DNA of 60,144 bases, the filler included. It is 7 parts of 7 records of this genome, joined end to end, with 100 filler letters (N's around TTAATTAATTAA, not from the genome) between each part and the next. Parts side by side here need not be neighbours in the genome. Positions count along the whole stretch, not along the records: positions 1 to 8,557 come from SRR31147125_593; positions 8,658 to 17,123 come from SRR31147125_601; 5 more parts are not named here. The stretch is one strand, 5' to 3'. The first letter of the stretch is position 1, and every line of letters begins with the position of its first letter. A program made the position numbers and the translations under genes. The notes beneath the pieces are model-generated. The model was given only the letters and a program-made list of their open reading frames with translations, had not been told where the DNA came from and did no database searches. Below, one piece after another: positions 1 to 11,143 of this stretch.

Positions 1-77
1 GGGGGGATGAACGGTAATCATGAATGTTTATTAGATCATCAAGGAGCAACTTGAGTCCTTATGCCACGGCTTAAATG

Positions 78-1061
78 TCATGAAAATTGATGAAGGTAGA
101 CGCGGCGTTCCAAGACAAAGACACTTCCAGGTTCCGATTTTGCTCGCTTCTTTCCTTCAGAACACGCATCGTTGACTTGAATAAATTTTTCAAAATGGGA
201 TGCCGTGATATCAACGCCGGCCATGCTGATACTCACCAGGGGAAATGTGCGTTCCTCTCCCCGGCGGTCAAAGGAGACAATGGATTTTCGTTGTTGATCT
301 TCAGCCGTGTAGAACCGGGGAATGCCCTCGTCAAATCGCTCGATAATGGTTTGACTCACCGCCTCTACGTGTTCCATGGGTAGGGTGAAGACAAAGTCGT
401 CGCCGCCGATATGACCGATGAAAAAATCATCAATGCCGCTCTCTTGAAGGCTCTTTTGGAGGGTGGCGCTGTTGAAGAGAATCAGCTCATCCCCTTTGGC
501 AAATCCGTACTTGTCGTTGTACGCTTTAAAATAATCCAGATCCGTATAAATGACGCAGATGTTCTCTTTTTGCACCAGGGCGGACTCAATCCGGCGGGCG
601 ATGCTGTTGTTGCCGGGGAGCCCCGTTAACGGGCTCGCATCCAACGCCATGCTGTAGAGGCGCTTGAGTTCCGTCATGGCATTGCTGAGCTTCAGGTGGT
701 TTCGAATTCTGGCCCTCAGGATCGGCGGACTGACCGGTTTGGTGATGTAATCCACCGCCCCGAGATCAAGCCCCCTGGTCTCATCGCCCACCTGATTTCT
801 GGCGGAGATGAAAATGATGGGGATATCGACCAGCATCTTGTCTTTTTTCAAGCGGGAACAGACTTCGTAACCGTCCATTTCCGGCATGACAATATCCAGA
901 AGGATGATGTCCGGGCGAATCTCCCCGGCAAGCTGAATGGCCTTTTTCCCGGTTTTTGAGAAGAATGTATCATACTCGTTGCGGAGAAGATCAATGAGGA
1001 TTTTGATGTTGTCAAGGGCGTCATCGACAATCAGTACTTTGTAACGGCGATGGTTATCCAT
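78..1061 (-). CDS. Response regulator: N-terminal REC plus GGDEF-family domain (GGDDF variant)
   Basis: REC motifs LIVDD, LLDIVMPEMDG, KP. Cyclase motifs PLTGLPGN, DLDYFKAYNDKYG..GD, HIGGDDF. Confidence 0.88.
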   Translation of the reverse strand: MDNHRRYKVLIVDDALDNIKILIDLLRNEYDTFFSKTGKKAIQLAGEIRPDIILLDIVMPEMDGYEVCSRLKKDKMLVDIPIIFISARNQVGDETRGLDLGAVDYITKPVSPPILRARIRNHLKLSNAMTELKRLYSMALDASPLTGLPGNNSIARRIESALVQKENICVIYTDLDYFKAYNDKYGFAKGDELILFNSATLQKSLQESGIDDFFIGHIGGDDFVFTLPMEHVEAVSQTIIERFDEGIPRFYTAEDQQRKSIVSFDRRGEERTFPLVSISMAGVDITASHFEKFIQVNDACSEGKKRAKSEPGSVFVLERRVYLHQFS

Positions 1062-1072
1062 ATCGAGATATC

Positions 1073-4000
1073 CTAAGGCGTCTTGGAGAAATGAGCAAAA
1101 ACACGATGGAGAAGATCCAGGGCCGCGTCAAAATCAAGCGATGAGATGCGTTGAGTCATTTTTCGGGCATCTTCAAGGGCGGCAACGGATTCATACTGCA
1201 TGATGAGATCGATCTGCTCCATTGCCATGGCATTGTTGGCTTCAAGCAGTGAGTGAAGGGTTCTCAATTCATGGAGCAACTCGGTTTCGTCTCCAATAGA
1301 TGAAAAAGAGGGCTCTTTTTCATCCTGATCCGAGGGCGTTGATGGCGTAGCGTGGGATCCATGAGTCACGTTGGCGCTTGCCGCTGAGGGTTTGAGGGAC
1401 CCGGAGGGGGCGCTGCTGTCGTTGGATGAGTCTGGAAGATCGGTAATAGAGGCGTTGGCCGTATTTTGCTTCAGCCAGTTTTCAATGGCCGCGCGTCCCT
1501 TTTTGAGTTCGGTTTCAAATTGGTCAAGCCACTCCCAGGCAGATGCATTTTTATCCATGAGTGAGGTCGGCAACTTATCCTGTTGCGCCTGCACCGGCAA
1601 GTCCGTTTCTTCGTGTCGGGTCCTTCCATCCTGGAGAATTTCTTCGACTGTTTCATGGGCTCGATTTCCATTGCCTGCTTCGGGCAATTTAGCCGCGGAA
1701 CCGTCATATCGCCGGTCCATGAGGAAATGTTCAAACAGACCGGCACGATGAAAGACTCTGGTGAGCCCGATATTCCCGCTGACGCCCTTGATATAGTGAA
1801 TCAGTTTGGCTGCATGTTCAAAACCCGCCTGATGAAGTGCCTGCTTGACTTCATCCGTCTTGGACTCGATTTCAGATAGATACTGTTTTAATAAATCCCG
1901 ATAGAGTCCCAGATTCCCGGCTAGACGTTTGATTGCCGACGGCGTATCGAGAATCGGGCCGCTCACTGTTCCGGCGATGGGAGATGCCGGGTTTTGAAGC
2001 GGTTGGGAGGAATCGGAGTTCTCTTGGGCGGAGTGCGTTTTGAAATATACCATAACCGGATCCGTCCCGTTTTCTCCATTGGTTTTTCTTTCTCTGATCG
2101 GTGAAAGAGTATCCGGGCTTGCGAGGGATTGAGAGACGGATGACTCAGGTGTCGGGAAAGACGGAGGAGGCTTTGGGGGGGATAGGGTGGACTGAGACAC
2201 TTCCGATTCGTTGAAAATGGATCTCCTCTTTTTTTCCGCCTGTGTCAAATCGGTTTGAGCAGGATGAGACGATGAACCGGGAGAAAGGGTCTTTGACAGA
2301 ACTTGGAAGAGAAGGTCCGGATCGATGGGTTTGCAAATATAGTCATCCATTCCCGCATCCAGTGCCAATTGACGATTTTCATCATTGCAGTGGGCGGTCA
2401 TGGCAATGATGGGGACCTTGTCGAGATATTGCCGGATTTTTGTCGTGGTTTCATAGCCGTCCATATCCGGCATGCTCAGGTCCATCAAGATGGCATCAAA
2501 GGGCTCCTCAAAGCCATCGCCACTGCCCTGGCGCCACTGGATGCCGATTGAACCAGCACCCCCAATTTCCCCAGAAGTTCGGTGCCGATCTGCCGGTTGA
2601 TGCTGTTGTCATCCACCAGAAGGATCTCTTTCCCCTTAAACGGCTTGTGATCCAACGTATCGATGCAGACCCGCTCCGACAGCCCCATGCGTCGTTTTTC
2701 ATTACTGAAGATATCCATGAGGGAATCGAACAGAATGCCGAGATTGATGGGCTTGGAGATGAAGGCGTGGATCCCGGCATCGTTGGAATGGCTCATCAAC
2801 TCCCCATCCTTGTCAAATGCAGAGATGAGAATGATGGGGAGGGTCTCCAACTGAGGCTCTTTTCTGATGATCTCGGCCAGTTCGATGCCGTTGATCTGCT
2901 TCATGTGCCAATCGGTGATTAATAGATCGAATCCGTCGGGCTTGCCCATCCGCTCCCGGAGCATCTTCAGGGCATTCTCTCCGGAATCCGTCGAAACGAC
3001 ACGGCATCCGAAGTTTGTCAGCATTTTTTCCAGAACGTTCAATGAGACGGAATTGTCATCCGCCAACAGGATATTGAGTCCGGCAATTTGCATGGGGACC
3101 GACAGTTTGCGATGGTGCTCCTTGGGTTGCAGTTCCAGATCCACTTCAAAGGTAAAGGTGCTGCCCTCCCCTTTTTTACTTTCAACCCAGATGGTGCCGT
3201 TCATCAGCTCCACCATTTTTTTGCAGATGGCCAGGCCCAGTCCGCTGCCGCCGTATTTTCGAGAGGTGGATGACGATTCCTGGGTAAATGAGTCAAACAG
3301 TCTTGGCAGCATCTTTTCTGAAATCCCGATACCGGTGTCGGAGACGGCAAAGCGAATGGTGGTATGATCTTTGGTCTGATTGATGAGGTTGACCTTGATG
3401 AGAATCTGGCCGGCGTCGGTGAATTTCACGGCATTGCTGAGCAGGTTGGAGAGAATTTGTCCCAGGCGAAAGGGATCGCCGATGACAAACCAGGGCACTT
3501 TATCGTCAAAGAAGAGAAGCAGTTCGATGAATTTCCGGGAGGCATCATGGTAGAACATGCCCGAGATCTCATCCAGCATCTGGGGAAGCTCAAAGGGCGT
3601 GTGTTCCAGATCGATCCGCCCCGCTTCGATTTTGGAGTAATCCAGGGTATCGTTCAAAATTCGAAGTAGTGCATTGGATGAAGCGTGGATTTTTGTCAGG
3701 TAATCCCGCTGTTTTAGTGTCAGATCGGTTTTCAATGTGAGATCGCTCAATCCGATCACGGCGCTTAAGGGAGTCCGTATTTCGTGGCTGATGTTGGCTA
3801 AAAATTCGCTTTTATGCCGGGAGAGAAGCTCCAGTTCCTTATTTTTCAGTGCCAATTCGGCATGGGCCTCAGCCAGGTGATTCTGGGTTTCTTTCAATTC
3901 AGAAATATCCACGGCAATGACACACATCACCACCCGTCCGTCCGGCCAGGTGATGGCTTTGCTTTGAATCTGATACCAGCAATCGTCTACCTCATCGAAA

Positions 4001-4254
4001 TGGTCATAGGTGAGGCTGTTGCCGTTGGGTCGGAGTCGATCATCCAATACCGCGTTCATCCTGCAGAAAATGCATTGGGTATCTGAATCGTAAAGCGCTT
4101 TATGACAGATTTGTCCACAATAGTTTGCCCCTCTGAGCCTGATCATGACCCGGTTCATGTGAATAATTTTCATGGTTTGGACATCAATCACATAGACGCC
4201 GAACGGCATGACATCGAACATAGTTTCGATGAGGGTATTTTCATTTAACTGCAT
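1073..4254 (-). CDS. Hybrid sensor histidine kinase (PAS-like, HisKA, HATPase, REC, REC, HPt), ~1060 aa, split by a 1-nt frameshift near 2510
   Basis: H-box EFLANISHEIRTP, N-box NLLSNAVKFT, DTGIG, GGSGLGL. Adding one base near 2510 joins ORFs 2485..4254 and 1073..2488 and rebuilds the second REC (..EEPFDAILMDLSMPDMDG). HPt motif IHYIKGVSGNIG. Confidence 0.88.
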
Positions 4255-4385
4255 GGTACACCTGTTTCGGATCTCTCTTTGACTTACAAAGCCCCATAAT
4301 CAAACCTTCCCTTCCCCCAATTCTTGTCGGCCCTGTCGAAATGAACAATCCTTTGATGACAGGGACATGGGGTGTGGGGGTTCCG

Positions 4386-4772
4386 TTAAAGGTTGACCTT
4401 CCAGAATTTTTCCAGAATACGATCAATGGATTCTTTGAGCTTCTCTTTTTTAATGGGTTTGATCACATATCCCAATGCACCGGCCTCAATGGCCTCGATC
4501 ACCATCTGTTCCTGGCCGTGGGAGGTCACCACAATGATGAGTGCGTTCTCATCATGTTCACGGATTTTTCGGGTCGCCTCGATTCCGTCCATGTCCGGCA
4601 TGGTAATGTCCATGGTGACAAGGTCGGGTCTGTTTTCTTTATATTGTTCCACGCCCGCTCTTCCGGTTTTAGCGCTCTGTCCGACCGTGTGGCCCAGATC
4701 TTCAATCATTTTCGTCAGTTTTTTGATGGTAATGGCGGAATCGTCCACCACCATGATATTGAGGGAAGGCAT
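4386..4772 (-). CDS. Single-domain CheY-like response regulator
   Basis: 128 aa with VVDD, MDITMPDMDG, T87-equivalent (VVTS) and KP. Confidence 0.9.
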   Translation of the reverse strand: MPSLNIMVVDDSAITIKKLTKMIEDLGHTVGQSAKTGRAGVEQYKENRPDLVTMDITMPDMDGIEATRKIREHDENALIIVVTSHGQEQMVIEAIEAGALGYVIKPIKKEKLKESIDRILEKFWKVNL

Positions 4773-4774
4773 GT

Positions 4775-5314
4775 CTATTCTCCGGATGGGGTTGAAGTTG
4801 CGCTGTTCAAATCGGAAAGGGTATGGTGCGATTCACTCTGTTTGGGAGCAATGCAGAAAATATTCATGCTCCCGTGAATGGAGTGCAGCTCAGTGGCAAA
4901 AAACTCCGCACTTTTACTTTTGGCAATGCTTTTGGCTTCCGTGATCATGATGGGCGGCGTCAATGTCACCTTGTTGAGCCCACCAAAATCGGCTGTGGCA
5001 TTGCCTACCACAATGTTGATCATATCCCCGGCCGTCTCTTCCATATAGTCCTGACGTTCGTCCGGATCCAGATCCAGTTCATCCGTGTAGATCCGAAAAA
5101 TTTTGTCGATAAATCTCTTTTCATAGCTGAAAATCACATTCATGTTGATTTCGCCGCCGAGGGTAATCACCGTGGTGAGATAGCGGAGGGTCAGCCGATG
5201 ACCGGGAACACGGGTCGTCTGCCGTCCTTCAATTTCAATTTCCATCTCATCCCGTAAGAACGAGATGACGCGCTCCGAGACAATCTCAATGAGCTTTTGG
5301 GTGCGGATAGCCAT
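4775..5314 (-). CDS. cheX: CheX-family aspartyl-phosphate phosphatase
   Basis: CheX-like core EETAGDMINIVVGNA (ExxN-like motif, here DxxN) and LTPP. ATG at 5314 is preceded by AGGAG; the ORF is open to 5383. Confidence 0.75.
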   Translation of the reverse strand: MAIRTQKLIEIVSERVISFLRDEMEIEIEGRQTTRVPGHRLTLRYLTTVITLGGEINMNVIFSYEKRFIDKIFRIYTDELDLDPDERQDYMEETAGDMINIVVGNATADFGGLNKVTLTPPIMITEAKSIAKSKSAEFFATELHSIHGSMNIFCIAPKQSESHHTLSDLNSATSTPSGE

Positions 5315-5460
5315 TGATTGCTGAACTCCTTCCTGTCTATTTGAACGCCGGATAAACGATGGGGAAACGGGGACAACTTTCAAATCCGTCCCTGTTTGCC
5401 CGGTTTAACCAAGGCTTTCGATGTTCGTTTTAAAGTACGCCACTCATGGGTGTCATACCG

Positions 5461-8195
5461 TTAAAGTGGAATTCTGAATATAAATTGTGTGCCTTTGTCA
5501 ATTTCCGTTTTGATCTCTATTTGACCGTTGAGTCGCTCCACCTCATGCTTGACGGCATTGAGCCCGACGCCCCGACCCGACAGTGCTCCCACCGCTTTGG
5601 ATGTGCTGAAACCGCTGGAGAAGATGAGATTGATGAGCGCTTCATCCGACGCCTGTTTCACCTCATGCAGGGTCATCAGATTTTTTTGTACCGCCCGTCC
5701 TTCAATGGCGTAGAAGTCGATTCCCCGGCCGTCGTCCGTGATGCGGATCTCCACCGCTTCCAAGGGGCCTTCAACCGATCTGACATCACACCTGATAGTG
5801 GCGGATTCGGATTTCCCGGCGGAGATGCGCTCCTCCGGAGTCTCAATACCATGATCCAACGCATTTCGAAACACATTGACAAGGGATCGGGTGAGTGGTG
5901 TGAATCGCTCCGGATCCACTCGAACGGCCTCGCCCTCCACCTGAAATGGCGTGATCTGTTTCCCGGCTCGTCGGGCATAGCGCAAAATTCCGTCCACATG
6001 ACCGTCCAACAGCGACTTGAGCGTCACATAACGGATACGACTCACCGCCGTCAAAAGATGCTGCAGGACGTTGCCGACGCTCAATCCGGCATCTCCATTC
6101 AAGCTGTCCCAAGGCGGGGCTTCTCCGGGCAGGGTAATTGCTCCCTCGCTCATGAGCAGTTTTCTGGCCATCTGCTCCATTTTCATGGCATGATCCCGCC
6201 CAATGGAAATCTGCTTATGGTGCGTCATGAAGGCGTCTCCGAGGATCTCCCGGATAACGGAAAGATCCTGATCCAGGGCTCTTTCTTTCTGAAATTCCAT
6301 GACAAACAGTTCAATGGCTTCCTGGGGCGGGGCGTTCATCATGAGCATTTCCGACAATCGACTCTCCATGGTGTGGAGAAACTTCGGCAGGGCGATGAAA
6401 TCCTGTTGGGCAAAGAGTCCTTTAAACGTATGTACCGGTCGATAGATATCGGAAATGAGGGGTTTATTGTCAATCGACGGATTCCCATGACTGTCACTCT
6501 GTTCAATGAAGCCATTGAACAGCTCCGGGAGTTTACGGGATTTAAATTGCCTGTACTCATCGATGATGGCAAAAAAATCTTGGGAATCCCGGACAGCTGC
6601 CACTACGAATTTCAATCGTTGTCTTTCGGTCTCCACATCCTTCTCAAGTTGTTTCTCCCGGCTCAAGTCCGTGAGGATCATCATTATTTTCGGGCCGTCG
6701 ATGATTTGATATTCCGCTTTCACATGTTTGTTGCCAATGAGATAGCACGGTTTGAGTATGGATAGGTAGAGTTCCTGTTTCAAATCCAAGGGTTCGTTAA
6801 TGGCAAGTCTCACTGTTTTTTCAAGTAGGGCTTTTGCCGTCGCATCGTTTTCTCCATCAAGGAAGAGAAGATCGCAGATATTTATTCCGGACGCAGGTTT
6901 TTCAAAAATCGCCTCACACTCCCGGCTCATCTCGGGGTCCACAATCAAATCCTCTCCAAATGAGAGAAACCCTTGACCGGAGTTATCCAGAAACTCCCCT
7001 TTGGCTTTTGAGGCTTTTTCAGCAACCTTCATGGCGGTTTCCACCTCTACGTAGGCTTTTTGAATCTTTTGCTCCGCCTCATGAAGCTGACGATTTTTTT
7101 GATCATCATCATTAGAAAGAGGGAGACGACCAAGGCAATGGCGGCAAATCCTCCGATAATGGGGAGAATCCGTTTTAGGACATAGGCGCTGTCAAATCCG
7201 TGTTCAATATGAACCGGAATCCAGCTGTTGCTGATTTCCAATCGGGTGGACTCTGGAATCTCGGCAAGTGTTTTTTCCAGGATGGATACCATGAGGGGCC
7301 ACTCCTTTTTTACCCCCATTTTCATCCGAACCTCAGGCCAGCCGCTGTTGGCTGCAATTTTCAGATTGTTCCAGCCGTTTTCGGCAATGAGAAATCCCCC
7401 GACGGCCGCACTGGTGAGGGCTGCATCTGCCTCACTCAGATGTACCGCCTTTATGGCATTGGGATTGGTTTGCACAAAAACGAATTCAATGTTGAGGTCG
7501 GAATGTTCATTTTTCAGTTTACTGTAAGCAACCTGGGTTTTGTCAACAGCCACCCGTTTGCCGTCCAGATCCTGAATCCTATGTATCGGTTCACCATCCT
7601 TACGGGTGACGATCACCAGCTGAAATGCAAGATAGGGGTCTTGGATGAATGTGAGAAACGCTTCCCGATCTTTCCTTTGAGCCAGGCAGGGGAAGAGATC
7701 CACCTCTCCCTTTTTTGCCAATTCAACCCCCTCTTTAAATGGGACATCCAGTAACCGGAGTGTCAAGCCGAGACGCTTTTCCAGAATTTGGATGTAGGCT
7801 TTGACAATGCCGTCGGCAGCACCGTCTTTTATAAATGAAACCGGAATGAATTTTGGAGGGATGACGTAGCGGATGGGCGTGTCTGAAATGGATTGAAGCC
7901 ACTCGATTTCTTGATTCGTCAGCGTTTCTGGGTACTCTTGTGCTTCAATTCCGTTTTGGGGATTCAGTGAGAGCATCCCAAGAAAAGCAAAAAGGAAACT
8001 CAGCGCTTTAACCCGACAAAAAATGTTGAAATGTAAAAATGAATTGGATCTGTCAGAGTGTTCAAAGGATTTTATCAGGTTGATCAGGCAGAATACCATA
8101 TTCACGGCCCCCATCATTTCATATAGCGTATACTGCATTAAAATCGATCTGTTCAATGCGCTGTTCATTGTCCAGCCAACATATTTGTCTACCAC
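5461..8195 (-). CDS. Membrane sensor kinase: periplasmic solute-binding (SBP_bac_3-like) domain, TM, PAS-like region, HPt-like His and CheA-type HATPase with no CheW domain. Split by a frameshift at T7 7094-7100
   Basis: One extra A joins 7047..8195 to 5461..7044 (..IKKNRQLHEAEQKIQKAYVEVETAMK..). HPt motif YRPVHTFKG. CheA-type boxes RNALDHGIE, DDGRGID, FSSGFST, GRGVGL; the protein ends at GTQFIFRIPL. True start uncertain. Confidence 0.8.
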
Positions 8196-8557
8196 ATTTG
8201 ACTTTTGTTGAACAATAGTAAATGAAAAAAACAGCGCCGTACCAAAAAGATTGAAATCGGGGGAACCACAGATATATCCCCCGATTACGAGCGGCTATCA
8301 GAGTAAAAACAAGATCATTGTGTATTAATTTTGTTTTAAAGCTTTATTCTGATCTTGATTGGAAATACAAAATTATTATCTCTAATTCTTTTATTATTGC
8401 GGATAAAAAACGTTGGATGAGAAAACAAAAAAAATATTATTGAATTTTATACAAAATTGTGTTATCCACAGCCACAATAAATGATATCTAATATTTTAGA
8501 TGTTTGATTTTTAAATGGTTTTTTATATGAACTCGAGAGTCATAACTTCTCATTTTT

Positions 8558-8657
8558 NNNNNNNNNNNNNNNNNNNNNNNNNNNNNNNNNNNNNNNNNNN
8601 NTTAATTAATTAANNNNNNNNNNNNNNNNNNNNNNNNNNNNNNNNNNNNNNNNNNNN
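8558..8657. other. Artificial contig spacer N44-TTAATTAATTAA-N44
   Basis: Six-frame stop linker between N runs; base composition changes across it. Confidence 0.99.
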
Positions 8658-8659
8658 TT

Positions 8660-8872
8660 TTTGCTGAACACAACGATTTTTCTTTCGACTACGAAAACGA
8701 AACCATTTTACCTTCGAACACCCAAAACAAAAAGACTCCCATTTTTGCAGAACAAGTTGACACTCCCGATACCAGGTTTAATATTTTTACCATAAACCGC
8801 AAATTACGCTCGTACGGCGAAGCTGTAAATTTTATTAATGCAGAAGCAGATAAGATGTATAAAAGTGCTTAG
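8660..8872 (+). CDS. 3' fragment of a hypothetical protein, truncated by the contig start
   Basis: Open frame FAEHNDFSFDYENE...EADKMYKSA* from the contig edge to TAG at 8872. Confidence 0.5.
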   Translation, partial: FAEHNDFSFDYENETILPSNTQNKKTPIFAEQVDTPDTRFNIFTINRKLRSYGEAVNFINAEADKMYKSA

Positions 8873-9012
8873 TTTTTGTAAATCGTTTAAGCATAAAAAA
8901 AGCTTGCCCCACCTATCTTTTCCAATTATTTTTTTGGTCTCTTTTCCCTCGCAATTTTACCGAGATTAACGCTTTCAGAATACAGTTCAACTCCTTTGAG
9001 CTTGAAAAACAA

Positions 9013-10251
9013 CTACTCCTTTTTAGTTAAACTTAAAACCGTAATTTCTGGAGGCATTCCAATTCGTGCAGAATAAATTACATGGCCAAAGCCACGGTTT
9101 ACATAAAGCAACTTACCGTTTTCCAGGTACAGCCCTCCCCATTTAGGATATTTAAATTTAGAGGGGCTCCATTCGAAATTACCAATTTTAATGCCCATTT
9201 GCATTGCATGAGTATGCCCCGAAAGAGTTAAATCTATATTATAATCATTTGTAACTTTTGCATCGAAAAAAGAAGGATCGTGCGATAGTAATATTTTAAG
9301 AGAATCCTCAGCAACATTTTCGATAGCCTTTTCAATGTCGCCCTCCTGTGGGAAAGGTGGATAGCCCCAATTTTCGATACCGAGCAAAGTAATAAAATCG
9401 CCGTTTAAGTTAATTTTTCTATGCTCGTTCATTAAAATATCGAAACCTATTTCCTTGTGGTGATTAATTATTTTTGAGAGGTTCTCTTCAGGGGAATCGA
9501 CTTTATTCCAGTGAAAATAATCCTTCCCGCTATACGAATGATTTCCGGTTACCGAATACATTCCGTATTTCGCTTTTAATTGTTTTAACACCGGGGAAAA
9601 TTTCACCACCTCGTCGGCATGAACTGTTATCAAATCGCCTGTAAATAAAATAATATCCGGATTTTCTTTGTTCACCAAATCTATTCCACGTTGCACGTGT
9701 TTCATGTTTCCAATAAAACTGCCAATATGCAAATCGGAAATCTGAACAATTTTAAAATTATTGAATGAAGAAGGAAGGTTTTCGAATTCTAAGGGTACTC
9801 TCTTGATTTTAAAATTAAACCTGCCCCACACAATTCCAACTAATACTGCCAACATAATAAAACCTGAAACCGTAATTCCTGTCAAAACCATGAATTTGTT
9901 TACGGATAACCACGCTGAGCTATAGCTCATTGCCACATCGATAAACAACCATAAAAAATCGGATAAAATTAGAAAAGCAATAAAAAAGAACTTTGGGAGA
10001 TAAAAGAGTAAAAATGAAGCAAAGAACAGCATCACTTTTTTAAATCCTTCAGGAGAAATATTTTTAGGTTTGAAAATAAAAATTCCTGAAAAGCCCAAAA
10101 TAAAAGACAAAGGAATGAACAAAAAAAATATTTTGAAGATATTGTTTTCATGAAACGGTAAAGCAGTTAGTCCCCAATAACTATAAATATCTACCAATAA
10201 AATAACCAGAAAAAATACACTTACAACTATATAATTCTTAAGTTTTTGCAT
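9013..10251 (-). CDS. Membrane-anchored calcineurin-like metallophosphoesterase (YkuE/YaeI-like)
   Basis: N-terminal TM helices; motifs SDLH, TGD, GNH, LSHDP, GHTH, NRGFG. Confidence 0.9.
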   Translation of the reverse strand: MQKLKNYIVVSVFFLVILLVDIYSYWGLTALPFHENNIFKIFFLFIPLSFILGFSGIFIFKPKNISPEGFKKVMLFFASFLLFYLPKFFFIAFLILSDFLWLFIDVAMSYSSAWLSVNKFMVLTGITVSGFIMLAVLVGIVWGRFNFKIKRVPLEFENLPSSFNNFKIVQISDLHIGSFIGNMKHVQRGIDLVNKENPDIILFTGDLITVHADEVVKFSPVLKQLKAKYGMYSVTGNHSYSGKDYFHWNKVDSPEENLSKIINHHKEIGFDILMNEHRKINLNGDFITLLGIENWGYPPFPQEGDIEKAIENVAEDSLKILLSHDPSFFDAKVTNDYNIDLTLSGHTHAMQMGIKIGNFEWSPSKFKYPKWGGLYLENGKLLYVNRGFGHVIYSARIGMPPEITVLSLTKKE

Positions 10252-10289
10252 AATTAATTGTACTGTTTGGTTTTTAACAATTGTAGCTA

Positions 10290-11140
10290 TTAACGGTAAT
10301 CATCCGGATAATCTGTAATTACCCCATCCCAATTACTCATTTCTGAAGCCTGGCAAGCGCTTTTTTTTCCACACCCCAGGCATTTGCTTTCTTTCCATTT
10401 GCATGTATTTTTTTCAAAAAAGCATTCCCCGAAAGCAATTTATGCATGTTAAAGGCACTGGCATATTTATATTTATTAAAACTGAAATAAGTAATTTTCC
10501 CATCGAATACAAAAGGTAAAAAGCGAAATTTGAAAAAGAATAATTTTTGAAGTTCTATTTCCGGTGCATATTTATTTATTTCGCTAAGACTCTCATCATT
10601 AAAAGATTGCACTACACACCACTTTTCAGCTCGAAACTTGCGAATAGCATTTACAACTTCTTTTTCAATTCCGGTATTCACATTTGATTTTTCTTTTATT
10701 TCAATCAACAGTTTCGATTTTGCATTAACTCGTTTAATCACCTCCTCCAAAAACGGAACTTTTATTTCACTACTCCGACTCCCGAATTTATTATCAACAT
10801 TTAATAATTTTATGTACGATGAGTTCAACTCGGAAATTTCGCCCGTTCCATTTGTCGTTCCGTTCACCGTGTAATCGTGCATAACAATTATTTCATTGTC
10901 TTTGCTTAAATGAACGTCAATTTCAATACAATCAGCTTTTGCACGTAATGCAGAATCTATTGCAGGTAAAGTATTTTCAGGTGCAACTCCTGAGGCTCCG
11001 CGGTGGGCAATTATATAAAGGTTTTTTACTAAGTCGCCCGATGTAGGTTTGCTTACAAAAAATTGAATGGGAACAAATAGTAATCCCAACAGTATCAGTA
11101 CAATGAATAGTATTAAAAACAAATTCATAACGCGCTTCAT
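10290..11140 (-). CDS. Glycerophosphodiester phosphodiesterase (GDPD family) with N-terminal anchor; 3' frameshift near 10361-10368
   Basis: AHRGAS..PENT, EIDV, HD, IEIK, QSF. The conserved terminal DGVITDYP is in the shifted frame ending at 10290. Confidence 0.9.
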
Positions 11141-11143
11141 AAT

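Noticed and set aside
78-1061. GGDD motif as a Cas10 palm domain or a Hypr-type cGAMP synthase
   Set aside because: The architecture is REC-GGDEF with no cas genes, and the specificity Asp (KGD) is retained rather than the Ser/Thr of Hypr enzymes.
5446-6765. 439-aa plus-strand ORF and other long antisense ORFs in segment 1
   Set aside because: They are shadows of motif-rich minus-strand genes in GC-richer DNA and have no recognisable motifs.
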